From NCBI RefSeq assembly GCF_039654945.1, contig NW_027361688.1:53134001-53198000 (forward strand): a DNA stretch of 64,000 nucleotides, given 5' to 3'. The notes beneath the pieces were generated by a model. The model searched no databases and was not told where the DNA came from. It worked only from the letters and a program-made list of their open reading frames with translations. This DNA is from Dendrobates tinctorius. Taxonomy: Eukaryota. The translations under genes and the position numbers were made by a program. Of the stretch, positions 38,425 through 51,988 are shown piece after piece (positions within the stretch are counted from its first letter, which is position 1; each line of letters opens with the position of its first letter).

Positions 38425-40860
38425 CTGAGTGGCATCATTATACAATTCTGAGTTTGAAGAAGGTTTTGACTCCATAAATGGTTCAGTTAATTGAGGATTG
38501 TTAAAGGTTTTGCTTAAGGTAAAACCTGGAATATCTGCAGGAGGGAAGCAAGCTGGGTAACAAGACCCCGGAGCCTCTGGTGGAGCCATCCGCACCTCCA
38601 TGTACTTCAGTGTCCCATCTGTGTTCAGGTAAAGGGTTGGTTTGTACTGATCCATATAGGATGTAGAAAGGGATTTATCAGTAAAGCAGAATCCACACAC
38701 AGAATCATAATTCTTTCTAAGGCACTGGACAAGTAATATAGAAAATGTGACCAGAAAAACTGCACTGATGGCCACAAGGGAGACGATAAGATACAGAGTC
38801 AGGTCTGGAGCAGATTTGGCATTTGTAAGAAAGTCTTGAGATTTAGGACTTTCCTGAGCAACAGTGTCTAATATATTCACAATGATGGTGGCTGTAGTGG
38901 TCATAGAGGGTTCTCCATGGTCACTGACGGCAATCACAAGTCGCTGTTCCGTGTTATCCGTCTCATGTAAACCTCGGAGAGTCCTGACCTCTCCTGTGTA
39001 TTCAGAGATGTGGAATAAAGCAGGACTGGCAGACTGAACAAGGCTATAGAGGAGCCAGGCATTGTGCCCAGAATCCACATCCACGGCAGACACCTTACTG
39101 ACTAAATACCCAGCAGCTGCAGATCTCGGGATGGTCTCCTGAGCAATGGTCTCCGCTGTGTTCTCCGGGTATAAGATCGTGGGAGGGTTGTCATTTGTAT
39201 CCAGAATAAATATGAAGACGGAAACATTGGAGGATAATTTTGGAGATCCAGAATCTTCCACTCTCGCTGTGATCTGCAGAACCTGGAATTGTTCATAGTC
39301 AAAAGACCTTTGTGCATAAATATTCCCGGTATCCGAATCAATGTAGACGAATGAAGAGATGGGAGAACCGTGGATGTGGCTCTCAGCGATGGAGTAAATG
39401 AGGTTTGCATTAGCTCCCTCATCCGGATCTACAGCAGATACCGTACATAACAGTCTGCCGGCCTCATTGTTTTCTGGTGTGAAGGGATTGTACACATTGT
39501 GCAGAAATGCTGGAGGATTATCATTAACATCAGAGATATTAAGGCTGATTGTAATCTGGCTGCTGAGAGACGGAGACCCCAGATCTGATGCCGTCAGTAT
39601 AATGGTATATTGTGAGCGCTTCTCCCTGTCCAGATGTCCACTAGTGACCAGAGTGTAACGCTGTGACATGCGCTGGATTTTAAAAGGTAAATCTGGTGAC
39701 AATTTCAGCCTAATTTCACCATTATTACCAGAATCCTTATCTTTGACTGTGATGAATCCAACCACAGTTCCTATGGGGGCATTCTCAGGAACCTCATTAG
39801 TCTTGGAGGTGAAAATAATTTCAGGGGTGTTATCATTTACATCCTTTACCTCAATCTGGATAACACAATGCCCCTGTAATTTAGGGGAACCTTTGTCTGT
39901 TGCTTTTATATACAATTCATAAAACTTAGATTCTTCAAAATCCAATGTATCTGAAGCTATTATTTCATTAGTTTTTGAATTTATTTGAAATATCCTTTTT
40001 GCAGAATCCAAAGTATGGTGATCAAAGGAATATGAGATGTCGCCATTTGCACCTTCATCTCGATCTGTTGCATTTAATTGTATGATAACGGAGTTTAATG
40101 GAATATTTTCTAAAACGCTGATCCTATAACTGGGCTGATGAAACACAGGAGCATTGTCATTAATGTCTAACACGTTTACAGTTATCTGTGTGGACCCTGA
40201 TTTCGGAGGATCTCCCCCATCTATAGCAGTGAGAATAAGCTTATGTTCAGCCTTTTCCTCCCTATCAAGGCTCTTTTCTAACACAAGCTCAGTAATGAGG
40301 GTCCCATCCATACGGTTTTTAGTAAACAGGGAAAAATAGGGATTGGGGTTTAATTTATATTGATTTATACCATTTTTACCCATATCTAAATCTTTTGCTG
40401 TTTCTATTTGAAATCTTTCTCCAGGAATAGATTCTGTAATATTTATAATCGTATTGATGCTAGAAAATATTGGAGAATTATCATTAATATCCAGAACGTC
40501 TATCTCCAGACTGTGCAGCTCCAGAGGATCCTCAGCCACAGCCTCTAAATGCAGCACACAGCTCAGGCTGGATCCACACAGGCTCTCCCTATCAATCCTC
40601 TCATCTACCACCAGAGCTCCATTCTTCTGCTCTATAGAGAATAATCTGCTGTTTCCTTCTGATCCCAAACTCAGTCTCCTTCTCCTGATATCAGCCAGAT
40701 TCACCCCCAGATCCTGAGCCACGTTCCCCACCACAGTCCCCGGATGAGACTCCTCAGCCACAGAATAATGCAGCTGCCCAGAGACCCAGCCCCAGCTACA
40801 AAGGAGAAGGGAGAAAGCTACTTGCCATTTCCAAGCCTTCACAAAGCTCTGATTGTCCAT
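38425..40860 (-). CDS. PCDHGC5-like: Protocadherin gamma C5-like variable exon #5
   Basis: ORF 38389..40860; donor CAG|GTGAGG at 38425/38424. Confidence 0.93.
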
Positions 40861-41134
40861 ATCTTAAATCCTTCTTCTAAAATGTGTAGAGAATAATCAT
40901 CATCCCATCAATCCAAGTGTGTGAGCAGCAAAAATATAAATCCTAGGAACGGGAAAATCCTGGTTTTCCTGCATTGAAATCTTCCACAGGGCTCTCATCG
41001 GAGCAGCAGCTCTTCTTTGTGTGAGAGACGATGGGAGGGTGAATCACTGAGCCAGGGGGAGGAGAGCGCAGAGCTGATATTAGGAGATCTCCTAACAAAC
41101 AATCAGGATGACGTGTCTGCCCTCTACTGGTCAA
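40861..41134 (-). promoter_or_regulatory. Promoter/5'UTR of exon #5; CTCF-like motif 41117-41130
   Basis: Shared block; CCAGTAGAGGGCAG. Confidence 0.72.
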
Positions 41135-41598
41135 TAGTGATGACTACAACATGTGATTTTTTTATCTTGAAATGACTGAGAAAAAAATATTCTCATATAA
41201 GTTATGAGCTAAAGTGTTCCACAGAAGTTCACTGCAGAAATGAAATATAAACAATGAATCATTATTATGTTTTACTAATAAGAATTAGGATTTTGGGGTA
41301 CTTGAATGCCAACAAGTACATATAAATACACATTTCCTAATATGACAAAACTAGCTATTACTACATTGAATTAATGGGTAAAAAAGTAATATTGATAATA
41401 GTGATGATATACTGTATGCACCACCAAAGATCATAAGCAAAAATATTAAAATTGTTTGCACTTTCTAACGTCCATGAAGGTATGAATATGAAGAAGCTAT
41501 ATTGACAGTAAATACATTGGATTGACAGCATGTTCATTTCTGTATATATCCATTTTTTCTCATCCCCATTCCTCATTTTTTAGTATCTTACTGTATAT

Positions 41599-43081
41599 AA
41601 GTGCCTCGTGAAAGTATTTGGCCCCCTGGAACTTTTCACCCTTTTCCCACATATCATGCTTCAAACATAAAGATACCAAATATTAATTTTTGGTGAAGAA
41701 TCAACAACAAGCGGGACACAATTGTGAAGTTGAATGAAATTTATTGATTATTTTAAAATTTTGCAGAAATTCAAAAACTGAAAAGTGGGGCGTGCAATAT
41801 TATTCGTCCCCTTTACTTTCAGCGCAGCAAACTCACTCCAGAAGTTCATTGTGGATCTCTGAATGATCCAATGTTGTCCTAAATTACTAATGATGATAAA
41901 TATAATCCACCTGTGTGTAATCAAGTCTCTGTTTAAATGCACCTGCTCTGTGATAGTCTCAGGGTTCTGTTTGAAGCACAGACAGCATCATGAAGACCAA
42001 GGAACACATCAGGCAGGTCCGTGATACTGTTATGGAGAAGTTTAAAGCCGGATTTGGATACAAAATGATTTCCAAAACTTTAAACATCCCAAGGAGCTCT
42101 GTGCAAGCAATCATATTGAAATGGAAGGAGTATCATACCAAGACCCGGCCGTCCCTCTAAACTTTCATCTCAAACAAGGAGAAGACTGATCAGAGATGCA
42201 GCCAAGAGGCCCATGATCACTCTAGATGAACTGCAGAGATCTACAGCTGAGGTGGGACAGTCTGTCCATAGGACAACAATTAGTTGTACACTACACCTTT
42301 ATGGAAGAGTGGCAAGAAGAAAGCCATTTCTCAAAGATATCCATAAAAAGTGTTGTTTAAAGTTTGCAACAAGCCACCTGGGAGACATACCAAACATGTG
42401 GAAGAAGGTGCTCTGGTCAGATGAAACCAAAATCAAACTTTTTGGCAACAATATGTTTGGAGTAAAGGCAACACATCTCATCACCCTGAACACACCATCC
42501 AGGACCATTTTTGAAGAAAACCTGTTGGAGTCTGCAAAAGACCTGAGACTGGGATGGAGATTTGTCTTCCAACAAGACAATGATCCCAAACATAAAGCAA
42601 AATCTACAATGGAATAGTTCACAAATAAACGTATCCAGGTGTTAGAATGGCCAAATCAAAGTCCAGACCTGAATCCAATCGAGAATCTGTGGAAAGAGCT
42701 GAAAACTGCCGTTCACAAACTATATCTATCAAACCTCACTGAGCTTGAGCTGTTTGCCAAGAATGGGCAAGAATTTCAGTCTCTCGATGTACAAAACTGA
42801 CAGAGACATACCACAAGCGACTTGCAGCTGTAATTGCAGCAAAAGGTGGCACAACAAAGTATTAAGTTAAAGGGGCTGAATAATATTGCACACCCCACTT
42901 TTTAGTTTTTGAATTTTCACAAAAATTTAAAATAACCAATAAATTTCGTTCAACTTCACAATTGTGTCCCACTTGTTGATTCTTCACCAAAAAATTACAT
43001 TTGGTATCTTTATGTTTGAAGCATGATATGTGGGAAAAGGTTGAAAAGTTCCAGGGGGCCGAATACTTTCACGAGGCACTG
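41599..43081 (+). mobile_element. Tc1-like DNA transposon with decayed transposase
   Basis: ~200-bp TIRs (AGTGCCTCGTGAAAGTATT.../...AATACTTTCACGAGGCACTG-TA); transposase remnants [42 protein letters not shown]. Confidence 0.92.
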
Positions 43082-43422
43082 TATATACAAAATATAGTAA
43101 AACTTTAAAAGAAATCTGAAATTGTCATATATATGATCAGCATTGTAGAGAGCTGAGTAAGCTCTGGCTCATCATACAGTGATGATAATATTTTATTAAT
43201 TTAATTTATGGTGTAATATGATTTGATTTTATAGGAGAATACCCCTATAATATAATATAGATGGTAAAACAAAATTGCATATGCATCTATACACAGAGAT
43301 AAAGTGTAATGGTACAACTTTATATAACTGATATGATTACATACAGTCTTATGTAGTATGAGGTCTTGGTCTATAATTACAGAGAGCATAGACACAATAA
43401 TGCAGTTTTATAGATTCTATAA

Positions 43423-44090
43423 AGGGATCATGTCAGTAGGGTCAACCCTCCTAAGCTGTCTTCAGGGGCACTCAGGTCATAGGATGCTGAATAAAATGAT
43501 ACTTTGATATCTTTGATCTGTTGTCTTGTTTTAGAGAAATCCACATTTTTCCTATATGTAAATGAGCTCTTCCAGGCTATGCATCAGATGTTGCCTGGAA
43601 GATAACTCTGCCTCCAGAGCTTATTTTACATGAAGAGATGTTTTCAGTGTGATGTGTGATGGCCGCACTCTGCTCTCCTGATCTCACTGCAGAGCTGTGA
43701 GTGATTGTACCTGACACATCTGCAGGTTCCTCTAAGCTTAAGCTTCCAGCTCAGTGATAGACAGGGCTGCAATATTGTTGTAATACAGCAGAGCTCAGAG
43801 ATCTGGAAAAATCTGATTGCAAGAAGACAAAGTTCAGTTCTACTGTTCTGTGTTAGTTACTTGTCTCACACTGATAACTCTAACTTTTATTTTATATAAG
43901 CTCTGTAGTCAGATTCTCATGTAGATCAGTGTCCGGCCCATAGCCTGGAAAGCTCATCTACATATAAGAAATACATTGATTTCTCTGGAATAAGACAACG
44001 GTTCTCAGATATCAAGGTATCATTTTTTCAGCTTCCTATAACCAGCATACCCATATAGATGACTTAGGGAGGATGATACTACTAACATCG
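43423..44090. mobile_element. T2/Kolobok-type MITE (degenerate)
   Basis: TAAAGGGATCATGTCA start; inverted arms ~43493-43581 and ~43939-44027. Confidence 0.55.
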
Positions 44091-44227
44091 GGAACATTAC
44101 CCTAGAAAATATTTTATTTTTAGTAGCAATGTCTTGCTTTATTTTAAATCACCAGCGCTCCCTATCCAAATGAGCAGCAGTTATTTCCAGCATCCAAAAT
44201 TTATCAATTTTCTATTTTATTAGCATA

Positions 44228-45041
44228 CTAGCTGAAGAGCCCAGCGCAGCCAGGGCATAGTAACTAACTGTGGTTAGTTATAACAAATTATAATTATCCT
44301 CCATCCCATAGTCCTGTGCCCATATACCCATCATACATATCCATGATCCCATAGGCCCGAGCCCATATACCCATCCCATAGTCGAGTGCCCATATACCCA
44401 TCATACATCCTCCATCCCATAGTTCCATGCCCATATACCCATCACACATATTCTCCATCCCATAGTCCCATGCCCATATAGCCATCATACATATTCGCCA
44501 TCCCATAGTCGAGTGCCCATATACCCATCACACATCCTCCATCCCATAGTCCCGTGCCCATATACCCATCATACATATCCTCCATCCCATAGTCCAGTGC
44601 CCATATACCCATCACACATCCTCCATCCCATAGTCAACCATTATGACATCATAATGTGCGGCGGAGCTTGCAACCTAGGATGAATCAGCGTCGCCATGGC
44701 ATCCATTATGACATCATAATGAGGGGCGGGGCTTGATACGCACACACTGTTTCCCCATTATGTAGATAGGGGCATTATGACATCATAATGAGGGGCGGGG
44801 CTTGACACGCACATACTTTTTCCCCAGTATGTAGATAGGGGCAAAATTGTTTGGTGAATTGGAACGTGTGGGGTTAAAATTTCGCCTCACAACACAGTTT
44901 AGGACGCTCTCGGGGTCCAGACGTGTGACTGTGCCAAATTTTGTGGCTGTAGCTGCGACGGTGCGGATGCCTATCCCGGACATACACACACACATACATA
45001 CACACATACATACATACACACTTTGAGCTTTATATATTAGA
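44228..45041 (-). mobile_element. Non-autonomous Helitron-type element
   Basis: Minus strand A|TCTAATATATAAAG ... hairpin GCCCTGGCTGCGCTGGGC ... CTAG|T; no TSD. Confidence 0.65.
44297..44635. repeat. ~40-bp minisatellite inside the Helitron
   Basis: Unit TCCTCCATCCCATAGTCCxGTGCCCATATACCCATCATACATA, ~8-9 copies. Confidence 0.88.
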
Positions 45042-45049
45042 TTTAACGT

Positions 45050-45270
45050 CATTAATTCCACAGCGCTTTACAGACATTATCAGCACTGTCCCCATAATAT
45101 CTCTATCAGTATGTCTTTGGAGTATGGGAGGAAACCAGAGACCTCAGAGGAAATCCACACAAGCATGGGGAGAACATACAAACTACTTGGAGATGTCATC
45201 CTTGGTGGAAGTGAACCAGAACCGCAGTGCTGCAAGGTTACAGTGCTAGTTACTGAGTCACTGTGCTGAC
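45050..45270 (-). mobile_element. V-SINE-like tRNA-derived SINE
   Basis: GGGAGGAAACCAGAG...GGGGAGAACATACAAACT core; tRNA-like head near 45200-45270. Confidence 0.6.
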
Positions 45271-45772
45271 CACCTTGTTGGCATTTACTTGATAATGGAT
45301 CAAATATTGTAAAACTCTTCATCTCTATGATTAAAGAGCTTTTGAACGCCATTGTCTAAGCACTATGAAAATGTTTTAGTCCATGCAGATTATTCACTTT
45401 AGTGGGCCATCAATGGAACTGTTTATTTCCTTATGCACTTTGTTAATGATGAGAATTTTTTATATTGCGTTTTTTTTTACAGAACTGTCTTCTTGTATGT
45501 TAATTAAAAGTCTATAAAATATATACAACACTGATGTTTGATCCCAATAAAAATTAATATGCACTGAAATTAAAGGGATTGTCCTTCTTTGGAGACAATT
45601 TTTTCTTACTTAAATGTATATATTTTGGGCTAAAAATAATTTGTAATTGAGTTTGATTAAAGAAAACCTGTCATCTGATTAATGCTGCCTAAACTGCGAG
45701 TTGAAGGAGTCATAGCCTGGCTACATGACTGCAGCCAATTACATTTTTCTCTGAAACACTCTCATAATATAT

Positions 45773-46522
45773 TGTATACACTTGTTTATAAGCCGAGTTT
45801 TTCAGCACATTTTTTGTGCTGAAAATGTCCTCCTCAGCTAATACACGAGTCATTTGTCCCAGAAGGACAGCTTGGGAGAGGGAGTGGTGGAGCAGCGGGT
45901 CACAGAGGCAGGAGCTGGCGGCTGCGGCTGTCACTGTGCTGCTACTAAAGAGACATGCAGCTGCCGGTTTCCAGCACACATCCAACTTACCTTCCCTGCG
46001 TGCCCTCGCTGCATCTTGTTTGTTCCGGCACCAGCATCTCTTCCTGCCGAGTGATCACGTGGTCCTGCTCATTAAGGTAATGAATATTCATGCCTTTCCA
46101 GTCCCATAGGCTGGAAGTTACCTTCATTCATTACCTTAATGAGCGGGGCCACGTGATCACTTGGCAGGAAGAGCTGCTGGCGCTGGAAGAAGATGCAGCG
46201 AGGGTGTGCAGACAAGGTATGTAAGTTTTTTTAATAGAAACCATGCATACAAGGATAGGGGATAAGGAGCCATGCAAACAAGGATGCGAAGGGGGAGCCA
46301 TGCATACAAGGCCAGCGACCATGGATCCATGCATACAAGGACAGGGCTCAGGAAGCCATGCATACAAGGTCAGGGTTGGAGTAGCCATGCATACTAGAAG
46401 AGGGATGAGGGAACAATGCATACCCGGCTTATACTCGAGTCAATAAGTTTACCCAGTTTTTCGTGGAAAAATTAGGTGCCTCGACTTATAATCGGGTCTA
46501 CTTATACTTGAGTATATATGGT
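45773..46522. mobile_element. pogo/Tigger-like MITE
   Basis: Ends resemble CCGTATATACTCGAGTATAAG TIRs (GTATACACTTGTTTATAAGCCGAG ... CTTATACTTGAGTATATATGG); internal inverted repeat ~46010-46200. Confidence 0.55.
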
Positions 46523-47349
46523 AATTGAAAGATCCTTAGCGAGAGACCAGGCTCGTCCGGCTCAACCACAGCAGACTCTTCCCAGTGCTGCTGCAGGTGA
46601 TTGACAGATCTCTACCCATACACAAACAAGGGGTCAGCGCCAAACTAATCCGATCCCTCACTGTTTCTTTAAACCATGTTTCATCTGAAATGCCAAAGGA
46701 TTTCAGAGAAAAATATTCCTGGCTGCAATCACTTATGCTATCCGCGATTTGGGCAGGATGAATCAGATGACAGGATTCACTCAAAAATGTTGCACTGTTT
46801 GCACTCTGTATTGCTGGCTACAGCATGAGGTAACTGAGAATCCATCAGATAACTCATTTCGATGATCCATTGGAAGAGCGTGTGACTTTTTTATCTGCTT
46901 ATTTCTGATTCCCCTCTCAGCTGATTTATAACCACTGGCCACATCAAAGTTAAATGTGAAAAAATGTCCCCAGAGGTGGACAACTCCGTCAAGCAAATTA
47001 GATCATGAGACCGACCACTTTCTATTCCAAATCTCTGTCTATCTGCAATTTAGTTCTAGTCTAAGCGTCCGTTTACATGGACTGACCAGTGGTACAATGC
47101 AACTGTCGATCGGTAAACATTTACCAATTGACGATCATTCAACAGCCTGTCTACATAGCCAGATCGAAGTAAACGATGCACAATGAGAGATCTGTAATAG
47201 ATTATTCAAAGTCTGTAGGCTGCCATTGTCCTCGGCATCACAGGTCCTGTTTATACAGGATGTTGCGCTGCCGAGAACAACAATCTTTTATGCTGAGCAA
47301 TTTTATGAATGCTTGTTCACAATTATCTATTAATGTAAATGCAGCATAA

Positions 47350-47790
47350 AGCAACACTTCAGTATTATTTGATGTTGCAGCCCTGGAGTGGTGCTACTAA
47401 TCTAAGTTCCCTCCATGCAGTCACATACTGTACTGCCAGCTTCATCTTTTCATCTTTTATTAGAACTGAGACAATTTTCTCCAGAAATGTGTGACCTTCC
47501 GGATTGCTCCATTATTTTTTGGAGCGATCTGGAAGTCGCAACTCAATGAAAGTCTATGAGAGCCCCAAAGAGGCCAGTACATGGCTCTAATAAGCTTAAA
47601 TTGAGTTTGTGACCATCATCTCTGACTTCTGGTCAGAGGTTGAGGGCACATGATGCTGGTACGGGATGAAAGCGGCACAAGGAAGAGCTGAAGACGGCAG
47701 TTCGGAAGTATAATAGAGGGGCAGGGAACTGACATTAGAAGCCCATTTCCGGCACTGAATTAAAAAAAAACAAAATGCAGAAGTGTTGCT
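47350..47790. mobile_element. T2/Kolobok-type MITE
   Basis: AGCAACACTTC...GAAGTGTTGCT TIRs with (A/T)TAA flanks. Confidence 0.55.
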
Positions 47791-49293
47791 TTAACTTTAA
47801 GGGATAAAGTAAGATCATAGATGCTGGCTACGGATATTAATAAGGAATTTGTGAATTATTCAAGCCTTATTATCGACTGGAGAAAATGAGTTCTGTAGTT
47901 ATGAATGTAATGTTTTCCAGGACATGTTTCACTAACATAATTTATTTACCTTGTTGTAAATGTATTGTTTTCTCATCTGGTAAGTAATTAACATTTATCA
48001 GTAATAACTAAGCCAAATGTGAAGCATGTTCCAATTTTTATTCATTTTTAGACCGTAACCAGTTTCTTTGGTAAGAGAGTTGTTCCATAAAGTAAACCTC
48101 TGTTTACATACTCTTTTAGGACATAACATATGAGAATCATGATTTCCACACGGTGTCTTTATATCGGAGTTTCCAGGCAAACCGGGCCCCTACAAGCAAT
48201 ACATAGATCAACAGAAATTCGCAACACCATGGTGCCATGGGAGGCCTATGACTTGCATCACCCCATCCTCCAGTATGCTAAATTTGAGCAAATTATTCTG
48301 ATAAACACAAAATTATTGTAAAATTCTAAGTGAATTCAATTCTCTCATCTCTAGCTAGTCTTCATCATTCGTCTATTCCTCTATGTTCTACATACATATT
48401 GCATTTTTCATCATTTATTCTGGTTTCAAAACTTTCATAAAGAGTGAACATAATGTGCTATTAAAGCATGGTTGAGCTTATGACCTCTTACCCATGAATA
48501 GCTCCATTATTCTCAAATGAAGGAGCCACAATATCTATGTGTTAGTTATACTCACATATAGAAGATCATACATTCAGTATTGTAGTATTCAGCTAAGCCA
48601 TCATTATTACACAACACATGTGCACATCACAAAGCCTGCATGGTGGTATATACCCTATATACCCTTCTATATTACTGAGCCATGGACATTCCATGAGCCA
48701 ATACACAATGTTTTCAATGAGACACCAGTTCTCTATTTTAGAAGCAATGTTTGTAGCTAAAAACCCCCAGACGGAGATGGAACACGTAGCAAACATGTTT
48801 TTCTGTGCTTGTAATTTAAATAAAAGGAGTACAGATGTTTAGTATGTGCACCAGGAAAAGTTCTCTACAAAAATGACCGGTCACATACATCTGACCTTAT
48901 AGATGAAAAATAATCCGCACTAAGAAAAAACAAACAAAAAAAATCCATCCGAAGACAAAATAGAAAATAAAAAGTTTCCAACAAAAAGTGTCATACCTAA
49001 AATGTGCGCAACAGAAGTGCATACAGTACAGATTTCATGGATAAACTAATATATGACTTTACAATGCACAGTATCCACCAATATAGCAGGAAAACCTACA
49101 AGACTCTTGTATTTAGAGAAGATGATTACTTGTCTAATGGCTCACACATTTTATAATTTTCAAACAAAAAAAGAAATCCGCCTCTAAACATCCGATAAAC
49201 AATGTTCAGCCACGAAAAAATGCATTTTAGCAAAATAGCTCTATTATAAAAAATGACATAAAAGAGACAGACAATAAGGCACTAATATCTCAC

Positions 49294-51714
49294 CTGATTT
49301 ACATCATTACACCAGTCTGAGTTGGATAATGGTTCACTTAATTGTGGAATATTGTCAGTTGTACTCAGTGTAAAACCTGGAATATCTGCTGGAGGGAAAC
49401 AAACCGGATAACAAGATCCTGGAGCTTCTGGTGGAGCCATCCGCACCTCCATGTACTTCAGGGTCCCATCTTTGTTCAGGTAAAGGGTTGGTTTGTACTG
49501 ATCCATGTAGGATGTAGAAAGGGATTTGTCGGTGAAGCAGAATCCACACCCAGAATCATAATTCTTTCTGAGGCACCGGACAAGTAATATAGAAAATGTG
49601 ACCAGAAAAACTGCACTGATGGCCACAAGGGAGACAATAAGATACAGAGTCAGGTCTGGAGCAGATTTGGCATTTGTAAGAAAATCTTGAGATTTAGGAC
49701 TTTCCTGAGCAACAGAGTCTAATATATTCACAATGATGGTGGCTGTAGTGGTCATAGAGGGTTCTCCATGGTCACTGACGGCAATCACAAGTCGCTGCTC
49801 CGTGTTATCCATCTCATGTAAACTTCGGAGAGTCCTGACCTCTCCTGTGTATTCAGAGATGTGGAATAAAGCAGGACTGGCAGACTGAACAAGGCTATAG
49901 AGGAGCCAGGCATTGTGCCCAGAATCCACATCCACGGCAGACACCTTACTGACTAAATACCCAGCGGCTGCAGATCTCGGGATGGTCTCCTGAGCAATGG
50001 TCTCCGCTGTGTTCTCCGGGTATAAGATAGTGGGAGGGTTGTCATTTGTATCTAGAATAAATATGAAGATGGAAACATTGGCGGATAATTTTGGAGATCC
50101 AGAATCTTCCACACTCGCTGTGATCTGCAGAACCTGGAATTGTTCATAGTCAAAAGACCTTTGTGCGTAAATATTCCCGGTGTCGGAGTTAATGTAGATG
50201 AATGAAGACACGGGAGAACCGTGGATGTGGCTCTCAGCGATGGAGTAAATGAGGTTTGCATTAGCTCCCTCATCCGGATCTACAGCAGATACCGTACATA
50301 ACAGTCTGCCGGCCTCATTGTTTTCTGGTGTGAAGGCATTGTACACATTGTGCAGAAATGCTGGAGGATTATCATTAACATCAGAGATATTAAGGCTGAT
50401 TGTAATCTGGCTGCTGAGAGACGGAGACCCCAGATCTGATGCCGTCAGTATAACGGTATATTGTGAGCGCTTCTCCCTGTCCAGATGTCCACTAGTGACC
50501 AGAGCGTAACGCTGTGACATGGGCTGGCATGTGAAAGGTAAATCTGGGGAAGCTGTGAGCTTTGTTTCTCCATTTTTCCCAGTGTCTTTGTCTCTTACAG
50601 TAATAAAACCTACTACGGTTCCTATGGGGGCATTCTCAGGGATTTCCTTATTTTTGAATACAAAAATAATTTCTGGAATATTATCATTTAAGTCTTCTAT
50701 TTCAATCTGGACACGACATCTGCCCTCAAGCTTTGGGGATCCTTTATCTATAGCTTTTATTAATAATTCATAAATAGTAGCAATTTCAAAATCCACTGGA
50801 CCTTCAATAAATACTTCACCTGTAATTGGGTTTATATCGAATATTTCCTTGGCCGAGTTTGAATTGCGTTGGTCTAAGGAATATGTGAATTCACTGTTGA
50901 CTCCCTCATCTGCATCTGTAGCTTTTAGTTTTATTATCACGGTTTTCAAAGGCACATTCTCTGGTATGTTCACCTTATAACGTGGCTGATCGAATACTGG
51001 AGCATTATCATTGATATCTAACACTATGACTGTTAGCTGAGTGGATCCGGATCTGGCTGGATCTCCCCCGTCTATGGCAGTGAGAATAAGCTTGTGCTCT
51101 GATTTCTCTTCTCTGTCTAGAATTTTTTCTACCACTAATTCAGCAATAAAATTTCCAGAATCTTTTGTTACAGATAAAGAAAAATATGGATTTGGGTTTA
51201 GTCTGTACTGACTGATACCATTAACACCTACATCAAAATCCTGTGCATTTTCCAAAGGGAACTGCACACCAGGGTTTGTAAATTGTTCGGTAATTTTTAT
51301 AATCTGATTAATGTTTGAAAAAAATGGTGAATTATCATTAATATCCAGAATGTCTATCTCCAGACTGTGCAGCTCCAGAGGATCCTCAGCCACAGCCTCT
51401 AAATGCAGCACACAGCTCAGGCTGGATCCACACAGGCTCTCCCTATCAATCCTCTCATCTACCACCAGAGCTCCATTCTTCTGCTCTATAGAGAATAATC
51501 TGCTGTTTCCTTCTGACCCCAAACTCAGTCTCCTTCTCCTGATATCAGCCAGATTCACCCCCAGATCCTGAGCCACGTTCCCCACAACAGTCCCTGGATG
51601 AGACTCCTCAGCCACAGAATAACGCAGCTGCCCAGAGACCCAGCCCCAGCTACAAAGGAGAAGGGAGAAAGCTACTTGCCATTTCCAAGCCTTCACAAAG
51701 CTCTGATTGTCCAT
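49294..51714 (-). CDS. PCDHGC5-like: Protocadherin gamma C5-like variable exon #6
   Basis: ORF 49282..51714; donor CAG|GTGAGA at 49294/49293. Confidence 0.93.
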
Positions 51715-51988
51715 ATCTTAAATCCTTCTTCTAAAATGTGTAGAGAATAATCATCATCCCATCAATCCAAGTGTGTGAGCAGCAAAAATATAAATCCTGG
51801 GAACGGGAAAATCCTGGTTTTCCTGCATTGAAATCATCCGCAGGGCTCTCATCGGAGCAGCAGCTCTTCTTTGTGTGAGAGACGATGGGAGGGTGAATCA
51901 CTGAGCCAGGGGGAGGAGAGCGCAGGGCTGATATGAGCAAATCTCCTAACATTGAATCAGAATGACGTGTCTGCCCTCTACTGGACCA
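51715..51988 (-). promoter_or_regulatory. Promoter/5'UTR of exon #6; CTCF-like motif 51971-51984
   Basis: Shared block; CCAGTAGAGGGCAG. Confidence 0.72.

Noticed and set aside
42213-42617. Functional Tc1 transposase gene
   Set aside because: Frameshifts, deletions and an in-frame stop; reported only as part of a decayed element.
44297-44635. CRISPR-like array
   Set aside because: Head-to-tail units without unique spacers, in eukaryotic DNA; a minisatellite.
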